DNA of 60,843 bases, the filler included, from Nemertoderma westbladi (Eukaryota; Animalia; Xenacoelomorpha), in NCBI GenBank assembly GCA_032718475.1. It is 3 parts of 3 records of this genome, joined end to end, with 100 filler letters (N's around TTAATTAATTAA, not from the genome) between each part and the next. Parts side by side here need not be neighbours in the genome. Positions count along the whole stretch, not along the records: positions 22,509 to 47,740 come from JAUCBJ010001186.1; 2 more parts are not named here. One strand, given 5' to 3'. Shown here in pieces: positions 24,034 through 41,000 of the stretch. A program made the position numbers and the translations under genes. The notes under the pieces were generated by a model. It was not told where the DNA came from, made no database searches, and worked only from the letters and a program-made list of their open reading frames with translations. Positions within the stretch are counted from its first letter, which is position 1; the number at the start of each line of letters is the position of its first letter.

Positions 24034-24439
24034 GTAGGCTTTGCTGGTTTGCCTGTTGCCCTACTGGCAGACAGGCTACAGCCCTTGCCCTACCACCTAG
24101 CACCTACTGACCTACACTTCTGCACTTAGCAGCCTACAGCAGTACAGGCCTAGCAGTCTGGCAGTAGGGCGAGGGCGAGGACGGTCTGACGGTACTGCGG
24201 TCTGGCGGTTGGCGGTAGAACAGGACAGTCAGACAGTAGGACATTAGGCTGCTATCAGTGGAATACAGGAAAAGCAGAATAAAATTAATTGATGAATTGT
24301 AAATTTGTTATCTGACACTGACAATTCAAACATATTTCACTATTTCAGCTATTTGCTTAGGCCTAACGGCTGAACGGTCAGACGGTACCGGTACATGGCA
24401 GCATGGAACGGTTACAGGTCAAAAAGTACCGGTTGCCGG

Positions 24440-24865
24440 TACCTCGGTTAAAACGTAGGGTTAGGCAGTTAGGCCTACCCATCAATCAGTCAATAACGTA
24501 CCCATATTTTCTGATTTTGGGTACGTTTTAACTTCAGAACTTAGGGACCCACAAGACATAGTCATCTTTCCTCATCTTAGCAAAACTTTCTACAACCAAT
24601 CAATATCGTTAGTTCCGGAGATTTAAAGGGAAAGGAGCAGGTTTCAGTGACGAATTAATCTAACCAAAACTATAAACGAGAGACAATACAGCAACAGCAC
24701 TGCAGCACAGGATACAGTTTATTTATGCTATTTATTTTTGTACTACCAAAACTGCAAAACGTACCCAATGCATCATTGTTAAAACGTACCCTGGCTGCCT
24801 GTTACCCAGTATTCGGGTCCGTTTTTGTTCGGGTACGTTTTAACCAGGCTGCCAGGGTACGTATT
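24440..24865. mobile_element. MITE-like sequence with AACGTACCC / GGGTACGTT repeats
   Basis: Several direct and inverted copies of the motif; termini not defined. Confidence 0.5.
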
Positions 24866-26031
24866 CAAGCAGTCAAGTGTTCCCGGCCCCTAGCGTATTC
24901 CCGGCCCCTAGCTGTACGGGTCAATCGTCAATACTCTGGAACGCACTACCAACCAAGTAAATTAGCTTTAATTAAAAACCGAAACAAATTTTTAGCAAAT
25001 TTCAAATCGCTTATTTTTCAGATGAAATTGCCTTTCCTTAATATTCTAATGCGGTATGCAAGTCTAAACTAATTAAATAATTTAATTAATTGTATTATAA
25101 ATAAATAAGTATAGGCCTAGCATAAATAGGCACATTAATCAACAGATTAATGATATTATAGGCCTAGGCCTACACACACAAATATTTTTGATAAAAAAAT
25201 AATAAAATAAAACATTTTTCAATCATTGGCACACTTCACTAGTGCTATTCATGTTCCCGATGTTTTCGATTTGGTCGACATTTCGCTGTGATTTGGCAGG
25301 GTCGCGGGATTTTGAGGTGGGCAACGCAGCTACAGTACATGCTGTGACAGTTATCGTCCCTCTTATCTACAGTAACACCGGTGTTTCATCACACTAGCCT
25401 TATTATTGTATTGTGTATTTAGTAGAGAACTGTCTTTCACTAACTTCTAGGTAGGCCAATTTGTTTTTTGCTTTGATAATGATTTCGGATTAAATCGAAA
25501 CGTCAGCTGTTTTTTAGAAGTTATATTTTTCAAATAATGAAGTTTAAGTTTGCGCTGTTCATTGTTGCCTTAATAACGCAGTAACGTGTATAATATTTTA
25601 CCTTACCTATTGAAAATAACAATTATTGATTTTTTTTAGGGATATATGATACGATATATACTTTAATGAACAAACAATAATATATTTACGGTAACTATAA
25701 ACAGATATTAAAAAATTCCGTTAAAATGGAAGTAAATTAAGGTAATCAAGTAAATTAAGGTAATCAAGTCACAGACTGCACGATTTAGTTCCTGGCGATT
25801 TAAATATCATGTATGGATTAATGTTACAGTAATTACTCTTCAAAACAGTTTAGGCGCGCTTACTTAGATCAGTACAGCACGCGATGTACAGCAGTCCATT
25901 TAACTGTTTACCCTCCTTTATACCATGTTGCCGTAATGCTGTACCTGTAATGTTTATTGTTTGTTAGTGGCGCAATATCCGGCGCAATCTTTGTAAATTT
26001 TCTATAGTTAAAGACTCATTTATTTTGACAG

Positions 26032-26191
26032 CATTGTACTTCCAACTGAAGACGGTGATTTCCTGGTTGATTACTCAAAAAATATTATTGATAATGAAGT
26101 TATTAAATTACTTTTGGATTTGGCCAAAGAACGAGACGTTGTGGGAATGCGAATTAAAATGTTTTCTGGAGAAAAAATCAACTTCACTGAG
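26032..26191 (+). CDS. GPI: GPI exon 2
   Basis: FLVDYSKNII...MFSGEKINFTE; AG/GT boundaries, phase 2 to 0. Confidence 0.95.
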
Positions 26192-26293
26192 GTGAGTGGG
26201 TTGTGAAGGTAAGTGAGGTGGATGAGGTGAGGTGAGTGTACTACTACTATCGACATGCTGCATTATATCTGCATTATATATATTACATATATA

Positions 26294-27257
26294 TTAATAA
26301 TGTTGTACCGACATGTCGACAAAATTGGGCCGCCAGAACTCCTTATCACCCATGACATTTACTAGATCATCCGCATCTTCAAGGCCAGTGTCCTTTAAGA
26401 TGCGTCTCAAGAAAGTCATGGACTGTCCACCATGCTTATTCACTCCATAAGACCGCCAAAGCACAAGATAATGCACGCGAAAACAATGTCTTGCAAGGCG
26501 GAGGCGGCTTTTTCAAGTGTCAACCTTAGGGCACCTCCAATGGTATATAGTGTCTGGTTGGAGATTGTGTGCTGTGCATTGTACGTAAATAAGTGAACCC
26601 GACGCCGACGTATCATTTTTGTGAATGTGCCATCCAGAAATTTGGTGTCCTCAGCAGTTAGAGCCCAGCATGGACTCCCTTAGAGGACTCTGGACTACTG
26701 GTACTACTGCTGCTCTATATAATCGAACCTTGATGATTCGTTTTATTCTATGGGACTTCCAAATCCTGGACAGACTATTTAACGTTGACCATGCCTTCCC
26801 CTTACGTATCCGAGGGTCTTCTTCATCTGACTTCCGGATCCAATCCCAAGTAGCAGAAGTCATCCACGTGCTCAAGCAAGCCATCCCTGTAGCTTATGCC
26901 CTTAGGATCACACATTTATTGAGGACCGTCAATGTTTACTGTCATAATTTTGGTTTTGTTGTACTTTACAAAAAGACCAACACTAGAAGCAACCTACTCC
27001 AATGAGCAGAGGGGCCTTTGCTCTCCCTCTAGTGATTCTGACAGTACCCCTAAGTCATCAGCAAAGTCTAGATCAGTTAGGTACTTGGCTAGATTTCCTG
27101 GAGTCCCGACTTTGCTGGAGGTCCCACGACCTTTACGCAACCCATTTTGGTTCCCGAGTAACAGTCTCTCAACGGGATCCTTGATGCGATTTAATATAAT
27201 TCTGTTATATAGCTTTGCAGCAATTGAGATTAAATGAGATTTCACGAAAATATCCAT
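26294..27257 (-). mobile_element. Degenerate RTE-group (Proto2/RTEX-like) LINE in GPI intron 2
   Basis: AAKLYNRIILNRI, LTDLDFADDL, KAWSTLNSLSRIWKS; C-terminus shared with 52918-53292. Confidence 0.85.
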
Positions 27258-28373
27258 AGGTTGTTAGGTTGCTCTTCTTATGTGAAAGACCAACTAATTT
27301 ATTTTCATTTCTTGAGAGACTCTCCTTGTCCTAATACATGTCCACAATATGTATGGTACGTACGGTATGTACGGTACCTCAAAGTTATTAGGCAATACCC
27401 TGTCATTGTTTAGTAGCTTCTAAAGTGTGCCTTCCAACCATTGAGGCGTTCCGTTCAGTTGGTGGGCTGGTTGCTCAATAATTGTATGCTATAGGGGAAG
27501 GGTCAGGTCAAGGTCATTTTATATGGAAAAATATCCTGATGACAAAACTAATTATCGTCAACCCGTCCATAGTTGCGATTATTAAAAATTAGTGGTGCAA
27601 CAGTTCCAAGGGAAAGGTGGAGCATTTTGATACGGTACTGAGATTTACCAGAGCCGCCCCTCCTTCAGAGTGGATTCCAGCTGAATGACTTCGGAGTGGA
27701 AGCAATCCGGTCGCACTCTGTTTAACTAACGTGTCAGGCTGTCCGCATCCGGGTATATGTCCGCTCATATTTATCATTGAAGGCCACATTTACAGGTAAA
27801 TAACAAATAACACGGGGCCTATAACATGGGGCCTTCGCGCAGCACGAGAGCCTATATTAGAAAGTACATTATACTAATCTCTATTAGATATAAGAAAACA
27901 GTCTTTCTCAAAATATATATGAGTGGAGGCGATGTTATCAGTTTGTGATAAACTAGTTGTAAAAACAGATATCAATTGCAGTTTGCCCTTACACACTTTA
28001 ACTGTCATTTGTAACTAGGGCTATTTAAATAATGACATTTTTCGTTTTACAATACTCTTATCCTTCATTAGCCTCGTTGCGCTCGTTCTGTTTTGTCTTA
28101 AAATAATTTTTCTAAACGGAGAATAACGATCTTTATAACTATGTAAAGTCTCAAAACTGTGAGAGTAACTGATGATTTATGGCAGATGGATACTCGTATC
28201 CACTGTATACTCGTTGCGTTCGTTCGTTTTTTTTTTACCAAACTTCAGATTCTTTCTAAACTTTTGCCGGACTACATACGTACCAAGTTTCGTTTAATTT
28301 CATCAAGGAATAACCGAGTTATTAGCGATCAAAAAGTTCGACAGACAACTCGGTACTGGCACCCATATGCTAA

Positions 28374-28956
<583 letters not shown>

Positions 28957-29105
28957 AGGACCAAGATGGAACTTTGCAAGGAACCTTCCTTAACCAAGGT
29001 AGTTCCGTTTGAGTTCCGTAATCTGTATACGGATGTACTTTTTATTTTATGAACGTTGTACTTATTCTATTACATGCATTTTATGGGAGTTCTCTATTAT
29101 TGTAG

Positions 29106-29357
<252 letters not shown>

Positions 29358-29499
29358 TGACCGTTCATCTTTCAAATGACAGGTAATATAAGATACTTCC
29401 ACGTATGCTGTAGGCCTATAATAACCATTACTTACTACTACAGTACTCTTATATTTGTTTAATTTCACAGTTGATTATCACATTAGCTAATTAAATTAA

Positions 29500-32005
<2,506 letters not shown>

Positions 32006-32175
32006 ATACTTTGTTTAGTTTACAATGTATCTCTTGTGAGTTTGCATGTCCCAGGGTTTGGTATGAAAGCAAACCCTCGCTACCACTATGAATATAAAAT
32101 ATGATACAAATTATATGGTATTGGTGCGAGTAACTTTAACACGAACTAAAACTAGTCTAATAACTTATAAAATAA

Positions 32176-32412
<237 letters not shown>

Positions 32413-32741
32413 TAGTTCAAATCATGATTCAATAATCAAATTGGGGAAATATTATATATAATCGCTTTTATTTAAAAGTCTGCGTGAAATAGTCAGGTTC
32501 TACTCATACGATCAGACATTTCCTGAGGACTGTCAAAGTGTACTAGTAAAATTTTGGTCTTCTTGGCGTTTACAAAAAGACCAACACTAGAAGCTCTGGT
32601 AGCTTCTAAAGTTAAGTAAATGTAGTGGCATGAAATATATTTAGTTAACTTATATGGATGTATTTAACGCCATGGAATATAAATATTCCGTAGTTTTATT
32701 TACCGTTTTATTTCATCGTCTGGTATTTATCTCATTTCCAG

Positions 32742-32900
32742 GGAAATCGTCTGCTGAGGCCAAGAAAGAGTTGGAAGCTGCTGGTACACCCAAGGATCGG
32801 ATTGGTCAAATTCTACCTCACAAGGTGTTCCCTGGTAACAGACCTAGCAACTCTATTGTATTCAAAAAGATTACTCCTTTTACATTGGGTTTTCTTATTG
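32742..32900 (+). CDS. GPI: GPI exon 7
   Basis: [15 protein letters not shown]...TPFTLGFLI. Confidence 0.97.
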
Positions 32901-33433
32901 GTTAGTTAGTATTTATTTATTGACATAGGATTCGACGCAACGCCTCCACCTATGATATCCCCTCCCTTAACCCTAACAGTGCATCACTATGTGCACTGCT
33001 CCCTATACACTCGGGCTATAACGTTGAAAATTGCAACTTTTTACACAATTATATAAATACTATTAATTGTTATTATTTTTCATACAATATATTATTTTTT
33101 GATTAAATGTCGTGCTAATGTTATCATTATACGTTGATAATTCTAAGTATTTTTACTAGAACTTATAATACTGAACTGTACTTTTAAAACGTGTGTATTT
33201 AGTAGATGACCGATGTCAATGACCAACTTATTAGCGATTACAGTTATTTAACGCTCTGCAGATATAAAAAATACCGATCGACTGACGCGACTAATTCATG
33301 TTCTATACCGGCGAACGTAGCATCAGCATTATGGTGGTAGCCTATTACGAAGCCTGCTTCCCTTCTCTAAAAGATCTGCCTTTATTAAAGTAACGAAAGA
33401 ATTGTAATAAATAATGTTAATATTTATTTTCAG

Positions 33434-33500
33434 CGCTTTACGAACACAAGATATTCGCACAAGGAGTCATTTGGGACATCAACTCCTATGATCAATGGGG
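33434..33500 (+). CDS. GPI: GPI exon 8
   Basis: LYEHKIFAQGVIWDINSYDQW. Confidence 0.97.
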
Positions 33501-33581
33501 GTAAGTAACTACTGCATTGTTCCATAATATTTCCGTTACAAATCGCTACAATTAATGTACGGATTTACCACGCGTATGTAA

Positions 33582-33734
<153 letters not shown>

Positions 33735-34766
33735 ATCTCAGATGGAGGACCAATCAAACACTTTCATTCACTATTAGTGGAGGTCTATAGTTTACTTGAT
33801 AGCCGATTAATTAATTTATTGAGTAATTGGTACCGGTAGTTAATCGTTGTACCGATTTTGTTTTGGTTGTGCTGTTTTGTGCTTTAGATTTCCGTTTTAT
33901 GTGGGATTAGTTTGGCGTCAAATGGACATGGCCAGTTAGGCAATTACGGTACCTTTTATGGATTTATTTAGTATTATTTAATGAACTACGAACACACAGG
34001 TCAATATTATATTTAAATTGTATGTAGTTATTGTTATTCCGGGGCTATTTTTGGTGGGAAATTTAAAATATTATCTAAATAGGCTTACAAGACAACACAC
34101 ACTGTATTATTGTGAATTTTGCTAAAGAAGTCAGAGGAGTGAAGTAAAAATCCTCGGTGGGTATCGCGGTAGGTTAGGTATACGTAAAAAGTGTGACGTA
34201 GACGATGCAGGAAATCAGTGAGGTTGTTATGGAACCCATCGGTAAGTTCTCCGTCTGCAACACGGAATGGATCTAGATCACCTGATTGCCGTCCAACCTG
34301 TATAGATCCACCAGCTGCTTTATAAGTTTTTATGTATACCGGTACCGCGGTACCTACCGCTAAGGATTCACTTATTTTGCTTTAACTTATTAATACAATA
34401 AAACCCGTCGCCTTAGTAACCTATTTAGTAGTAAATGGTCTAGTGCTACAGCAGCTACCGGTGCAGATCCGTCCTATCAGCCTTCATTTGTAGCCGTAGT
34501 GCAGTAGCGTAGGTAGGAGTTCAACCTTAAACTCGATAACTTAAGGCTAATCCGCTAATATCCACATTAATTGCTGAATTGTGATGCTATTTTATGCAAA
34601 ATCTTATTTATTTGTCTAAGTGATTTGTGCTGCTAACTAATAATCATATAGATATGCACTTCTTGTAAATAAAAGGGAAATAATATTCTAGTTTTTTTTC
34701 GCTTTCAACGTCTGATTCAACTTACGGTTTTTACCTCTTCCGATAATTTTACGAACCTCATCTGGA

Positions 34767-35261
34767 ATGTCGACTTTCCGAAACGTTTCTCGGATCCTTA
34801 GATACCGTAAACCTCTCCCGTTTACCCCCTTCCGTTATTATGCTAACAGTAGATGGAGAGTGGGCAGACTGAACCACGTTGCTATAGCGGTTCCGGACCT
34901 TGCCCGGGCCTCTGGTTTCTATAGAGACGTACTAGGTGCGAAGGTCAGCGAACCCATTCCTTTACCGACACACGGAGTTACTACGGTGTTCGTAGAACTC
35001 GATAACACCAAGATAGAACTCCTAGAGGTCCTAGGAGAAGGTAGTCCGATAGCGGGATTCCTCGGAAAGAGTCCCAGTGGAGGAGTCCATCACGTCTGTC
35101 TGGATGTAGATGATATTGACGCGGCCATTAATGATTTGACTGAGACCCACAATGTAAGAACTCTAGGTTCTGGGACCAGCATTGGTGCCCACGGTAAACC
35201 TGTAGTATTCCTTCACCCAAAGGACTGTAACGGTGTTCTTATTGAGTTGGAAAAGGTTTAG
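34767..35261 (+). CDS. MCEE: Methylmalonyl-CoA epimerase, mitochondrial
   Basis: Arg-rich presequence; GRLNHVAIAVPDL, HGVTTVFV, KIELLE, GGVHHVCL, IGAHGKPVVFLHPKDCNGVLIELE. Confidence 0.96.
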   Translation: MSTFRNVSRILRYRKPLPFTPFRYYANSRWRVGRLNHVAIAVPDLARASGFYRDVLGAKVSEPIPLPTHGVTTVFVELDNTKIELLEVLGEGSPIAGFLGKSPSGGVHHVCLDVDDIDAAINDLTETHNVRTLGSGTSIGAHGKPVVFLHPKDCNGVLIELEKV

Positions 35262-36425
35262 TTTTTTAGTTACATGAGCTTATTATTGCTATAACTGTTG
35301 AAAATCATGTTTATTGCCCATATGAGTAAATGCCAACATTTTGCCCAGTCCCATGTGACACTTTCAAATTTCTAAGTTTTGTCAAATTTCATATCCACAC
35401 TGAAAATATACTGTATCATATGGGAAGCCAATTAAATTTTAATAACAATCTTGAGAGTGCGCCACTAAAAGTTCGGTCATTCTCGTGATGTTGAATTTTA
35501 CGTACAACATTTTCTGCCCAATTGCATCCCATATATGATATTTTAAAATCTATTTTACTTATAAAAACACTAACCGATTTAATGTGTTGATTCTTTTATG
35601 TTTCTTAAATTGCTTACTTGGAGTCAACGGCCTCGACACAGTGAACAAAAATATAAGAAATAATGAAAATTTCAATTTTCCAAAATAGTCACAGAAGAAC
35701 GCTTTTTTTGGGATACATCCCATACCCTATCTAATCAATCCTAATTTCGTCAAGTGTGGTGGACGACATTCAGCAATGATTATTTAAAATGGAACATTGA
35801 TTGTTGGCAGGTGACATTGGTCACCTGGTAACAAATAATACAGAAATCAAATGTCAACCAACACATGTTGTAACAGTTGATATTAATTAATTAATAATTT
35901 ATATATAATACTGTATTATACAGTATCTAATGTGTGTTCGAAAGATACCACTTTATAAATAATAATTAATCCATAATTAAATAATAAATTTAAGTGGCTT
36001 CCAGCGCAAATTTGTCTTGTACCAAAAATAATGGAAATCGTAATCGTCATAACCATATTACTGTATAATGTCAATGCCATATAAATATGCATGTATTGAA
36101 AGCAAATTCTCTAGCCGGGAAGCGGTCTTAGACTCATTTGACAATGCGCTCTTACGTGCAAAATTTCACGTACGGGGTTTTGTTTCCATCATTGTAAGTT
36201 TTGTTAGCAGTTAGCTCATCCAATCAACGAGACACTTCATTATCGACGCGGTGTTGTTATTCAACCTGTCCCAAACTTGACATTTTGGTATTTAATAGTA
36301 TTAATTAATCTGACACCCCCCAGTCTGGGTAAATGGTAAAAACCTAAGTAGTTACATATTAAATTGCACGGAATCTAAAATTTATAAATTATTAAAAATA
36401 TTAATATATGGTCTAAAGTAATTAG

Positions 36426-37490
36426 TTATTGAGAGGATAAGGTGGATATTGTTGGGCATTTGTCGCAGACTAGGGCATGGTATCGGTTCTTTGTGGGTTG
36501 CAGACAGAAACGACATATACAGTCAATACATGGATCGTGGTAGGATTTATTTTCACACAGCTTGAAATGAAACCCGTGTGATGTGGTTCTTGTTGCTAGG
36601 TGACGGTGTCGTTGGCCGCTGCGTTTCCAGCTAGATGATTGGAACGCAGGGCCCAGCTGGTATTGTTCTGCATTGAAATTTGCATTGCGATCGTTTCTGA
36701 AAGTGTTGTATTGTTCTAGAATTGCTGAGTTAAGAACAATGTCATTAGTTAAGGTTTCTTCGTTGATTAATTTCAAAGCGAGCGTGGAGGATGAGGAGAT
36801 GTGTAGGCCGAGTAACCGTTTTATAAATGTAGATTTTATTTTGTCGATTTCCTTTAGTTGGGGCAGTGTAAGCAGGGGACCAAACTCGGATATTGCGTAC
36901 GTTGTCATTGAGAAAATCTTAATTTGAAATATCTTCATTCCGGTTTGTACAGAAACTAGATGCAGGTTTTTAAGAGAGCCAATGGCGGAATATGCCTTTT
37001 CCTTTTTTGCTTTAATGTGCTTTGTGAACGTCAAAGTTGGTTGTAGGGTGAGTCCCAGATACTCGTAATTGTCACAGATATGTACAGCCCCCCCATTGTA
37101 AAATAATTTGTCATACAGAACAAGCCGGTCACCCTTCCTAAACTTAACAATCTTTGTTTTTATTAGGTTGACTTGTAGAGAGTTTTCACAGCAACATTTG
37201 TAAAGGTTGTTAAGACCGTCTTGAATATCCCTAGGGTTGGTAGAGTAAAAAGCAAGATCATCGGCATAAAATATACATTTCAGAAACTGGATTGCGCGCC
37301 GCAGGGCAGATACGAGGACGGCAATGTACAGGATGAAATTCGTTGGAGAAAGGCAATCGCTTTGTAAGAAACCGAGTATTTGTCGGATTACATTTGATAG
37401 ACGTAACCCATCATATATTTGTATGAAATTTACTTTCAGTATTGATTTGATGATGTTGTATAGTTTCCCTTTGACACCAAAATTTGAATA
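36426..37490 (-). mobile_element. 5'-truncated LINE (RTEX-like, clade tentative)
   Basis: Minus strand: GFLQSDCLSP, FYADDL, VNLIKTKIVKFRKG, YEYLG, and a C-terminal CRFC...H...C motif. Confidence 0.85.
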
Positions 37491-38010
37491 AAAAAACCAA
37501 AGTTAATTGATGTAATTATATTATATTGACGGAATTATAAATACCAAAATTTGGTATTTATAAACATCTCAATTGACGGGAGAGAGACAAAAAGTGTGGG
37601 GCTAAGGATCTACTTTTTATTTTAACTTTGAATAAAAACTGAATGACACGTACTTTTGGAGATAGACGGGTTTTTATCGAGACGGCCGTCACGTATTGTA
37701 CAGATCAACAATGTTGGCATTCAATCAATCACATAATTTATGCACCGTAAACCGTACATAAAAGCTGTACCCGGTTTTAATTAACTACTCTTCTGTAGTA
37801 GAAGAGGAGCTAATTAAATTGTTGAATTTTTATTAGAAACATTCATTCGTTCCTTGAATTATTTACCTCATAATAAAATCGTTCAACTGACGAATAAAAA
37901 GAGTAACTAAATTATAAATTATATGATCACCTATTTCTAGATATCTGTAGTTAGATCCAATGCAATGCGTTCTATACTAACTATAGGCCATGTGGATACA
38001 AACGGAGCGA

Positions 38011-41000
38011 GGTAAAGTTTACGTACAAAAGGTGATGATAGATAGTTCGGGGTAAAGTTTACGTACAAAAGGTGATGATAGATAGTTCGGTGTAACGTTT
38101 ACGTACAAACGGTGATGATAGATAGTTCGGGGTAAAGTTTACGTACAAAAGGTGATGATAGATAGTTCGGGGTAAAGTTTACGTACAAACGGTGATGATA
38201 GATAGTTCGGGGTAAAGTTTACGTACAAAAGGTGATGATAGATAGTTCGGGGTAAAGTTTACGTACAAAAGGTGATGATAGATAGTTCGGGGTAAAGTTT
38301 ACGTACAAAAGGTGATGATAGATAGTTCGGGGTAAAGTTTACGTACAAAAGGTGATGATAGATAGTTCGGGGTAAAGTTTACGTACAAAAGGTGATGATA
38401 GATAGTTCGGGGTAAAGTTTACGTACAAAAGGTGATGATAGATAGTTCGGGGTAAAGTTTACGTACAAAAGGTGATGATAGATAGTTCGGGGTAAAGTTT
38501 ACGTACAAACGGTGATGATAGATAGTTCGGGGTAAAGTTTACGTACAAAAGGTGATGATAGATAGTTCGGGGTAAAGTTTACGTACAAAAGGTGATGATA
38601 AATAGTTCGGGGTAAAGTTTACGTACAAAAGGTGATGATAGATAGTTCGGGGTAAAGTTTACGTACAAAAGGTAATGATAGATAGTTCGGGGTAAAGTTT
38701 ACGTACAAACGGTTATGATAGATAGTTCGGGGTAAAGTTTACGTACAAAAGGTTATGATAGATAGTTTGGGGTAAAGTTTACGTACAAAAGGTTATGATA
38801 GATAGTTCGGGGTAAAGTTTACGTACAAAAGGTTATGATAGATAGTTCGGGTAAAGTTTACGTACAAAAGGTTATGATAGATAGTTCGGGGTAAAGTTTA
38901 CATACAAAAGGTGATGATAGATAGTTCGGGGTAAAGTTTACGTACAAACGGTGATGATAGATAGTTCGGGGTAAAGTTTACGTACAAAAGGTGATGATAG
39001 ATAGTTCGGGGTAAAGTTTACGTACAAAAGGTGATGATAAATAGTTCGGGGTAAAGTTTACGTACAAAAGGTGATGATAGATAGTTCGGGGTAAAGTTTA
39101 CGTACAAAAGGTGATGATAGATAGTTCGGGGTAAAGTTTACGTACAAAAGGTGATGATAGATAGTTCGGGGTAAAGTTTACGTACAAAAGGTGATGATAG
39201 ATAGTTCGGGGTAAAGTTCACGTACAAAAGGTGATGATAGATAGTTCGGGGTAAAGTTTACGTACAAAAGGTGATGATAGATAATTCGGGGTAAAGTTTA
39301 CGTACAAAAGGTGATGATAGATAGTTCGGGGTAAAGTTTACGTACAAAAGGTGATGATAGATAGTTCGGGGTAAAGTTTACGTACAAACGGTGATGATAG
39401 ATAGTTCGGGGTAAAGTTTACGTACAAACGGTGATGATAGATAGTTCGGGGTAAAGTTTACGTACAAACGGTGATGATAGATAGTTCGGGGTAAAGTTTA
39501 CGTACAAACGGTGATGATAGATAGTTCGGGGTAAAGTTTACGTACAAAAGGTGATGATAGATAGTTCGGGGTAAAGTTTACGTACAAAAGGTGATGATAG
39601 ATAGTTCGGGGTAAAGTTTACGTACAAAAGGTGATGATAGATAGTTCGGGGTAAAGTTTACGTACAAACGGTGATGATAGATAGTTCGGGGTAAAGTTTA
39701 CGTACAAAAGGTGATGATAGATAGTTCGGGGTAAAGTTTACGTGCAAAAGGTGATGATAGATAGTTCGGGGTAAAGTTTACGTACAAACGGTGATGATAG
39801 ATAGTTCGGGGTAAAGTTTACGTACAAACGGTGATGATAGATAGTTCGGGGTAAAGTTTACGTACAAAAGGTGATGATAGATAGTTCGGGGTAAAGTTTA
39901 CGTACAAAAGGTGATGATAGATAGTTCGGGGTAAAGTTTACGTACAAAAGGTGATGATAGATAGTTCGGGGTAAAGTTTACGTACAAAAGGTGATGATAG
40001 ATAGTTCGGGGTAAAGTTTACGTACAAAAGGTGATGATAGATAATTCGGGGTAAAGTTTACGTACAAAAGGTGATGATAGATAGTTCGGGGTAAAGTTTA
40101 CGTACAAAAGGTGATGATAGATAGTTCGGGGTAAAGTTTACGTACAAACGGTGATGATAGATAGTTCGGGGTAAAGTTTACGTACAAACGGTGATGATAG
40201 ATAGTTCGGGGTAAAGTTTACGTACAAAAGGTGATGATAGATAGTTCGGGGTAACGTTTACGTACAAAAGGTTATGATAGATAGTTCGGGGTAAAGTTTA
40301 CGTACAAAAGGTGATGATAGATAGTTCGGGGTAAAGTTTACGTACAAACGGTGATGATAGATAGTTCGGGGTAAAGTTTACGTACAAACGGTGATGATAG
40401 ATAGTTCGGGGTAAAGTTTACGTACAAACGGTGATGATAGATAGTTCGGTAAAGTTTACGTACAAAAGGTGATGATAGATAGTTCGGGGTAAAGATTACG
40501 TGCAAAAGGTGATGATAGATAGTTCGGGGTAAAGTTTACGTACAAAAGGTGATGATAGATAGTTCGGGGTAAAGTTTACGTACAAAAGGTGATGATAGAT
40601 AGTTCGGGGTAAAGTTTACGTACAAAAGGTGATGATAGATAGTTCGGTAAAGTTTACGTACAAAATGTGATGATAGATAGTTCGGGGTAAAGTTTACGTA
40701 CAAAAGGTTATGTTAGATAGTTCGGGGTATGGTTTACGTGCAAAAGGTGATGATAGATAGTTCGGGGTAAAGTTTACGTACAAAAGGTTATGTTAGATAG
40801 TTCGGGGTAAGGTTTACGTGCAAAAGGTGATGATAGATAGTTCGGGGTAAAGTTTACGTACAAAAGGTGATGATAGATAGTTCGGTAAAGTTTACGTACA
40901 AAATGTGATGATAGATAGTTCAGGGTAAAGTTTACGTACAAAAGGTGATGATAGATAGTTCGGTAAAGTTTACGTACAAAATGTGATGATAGATAGTTCG

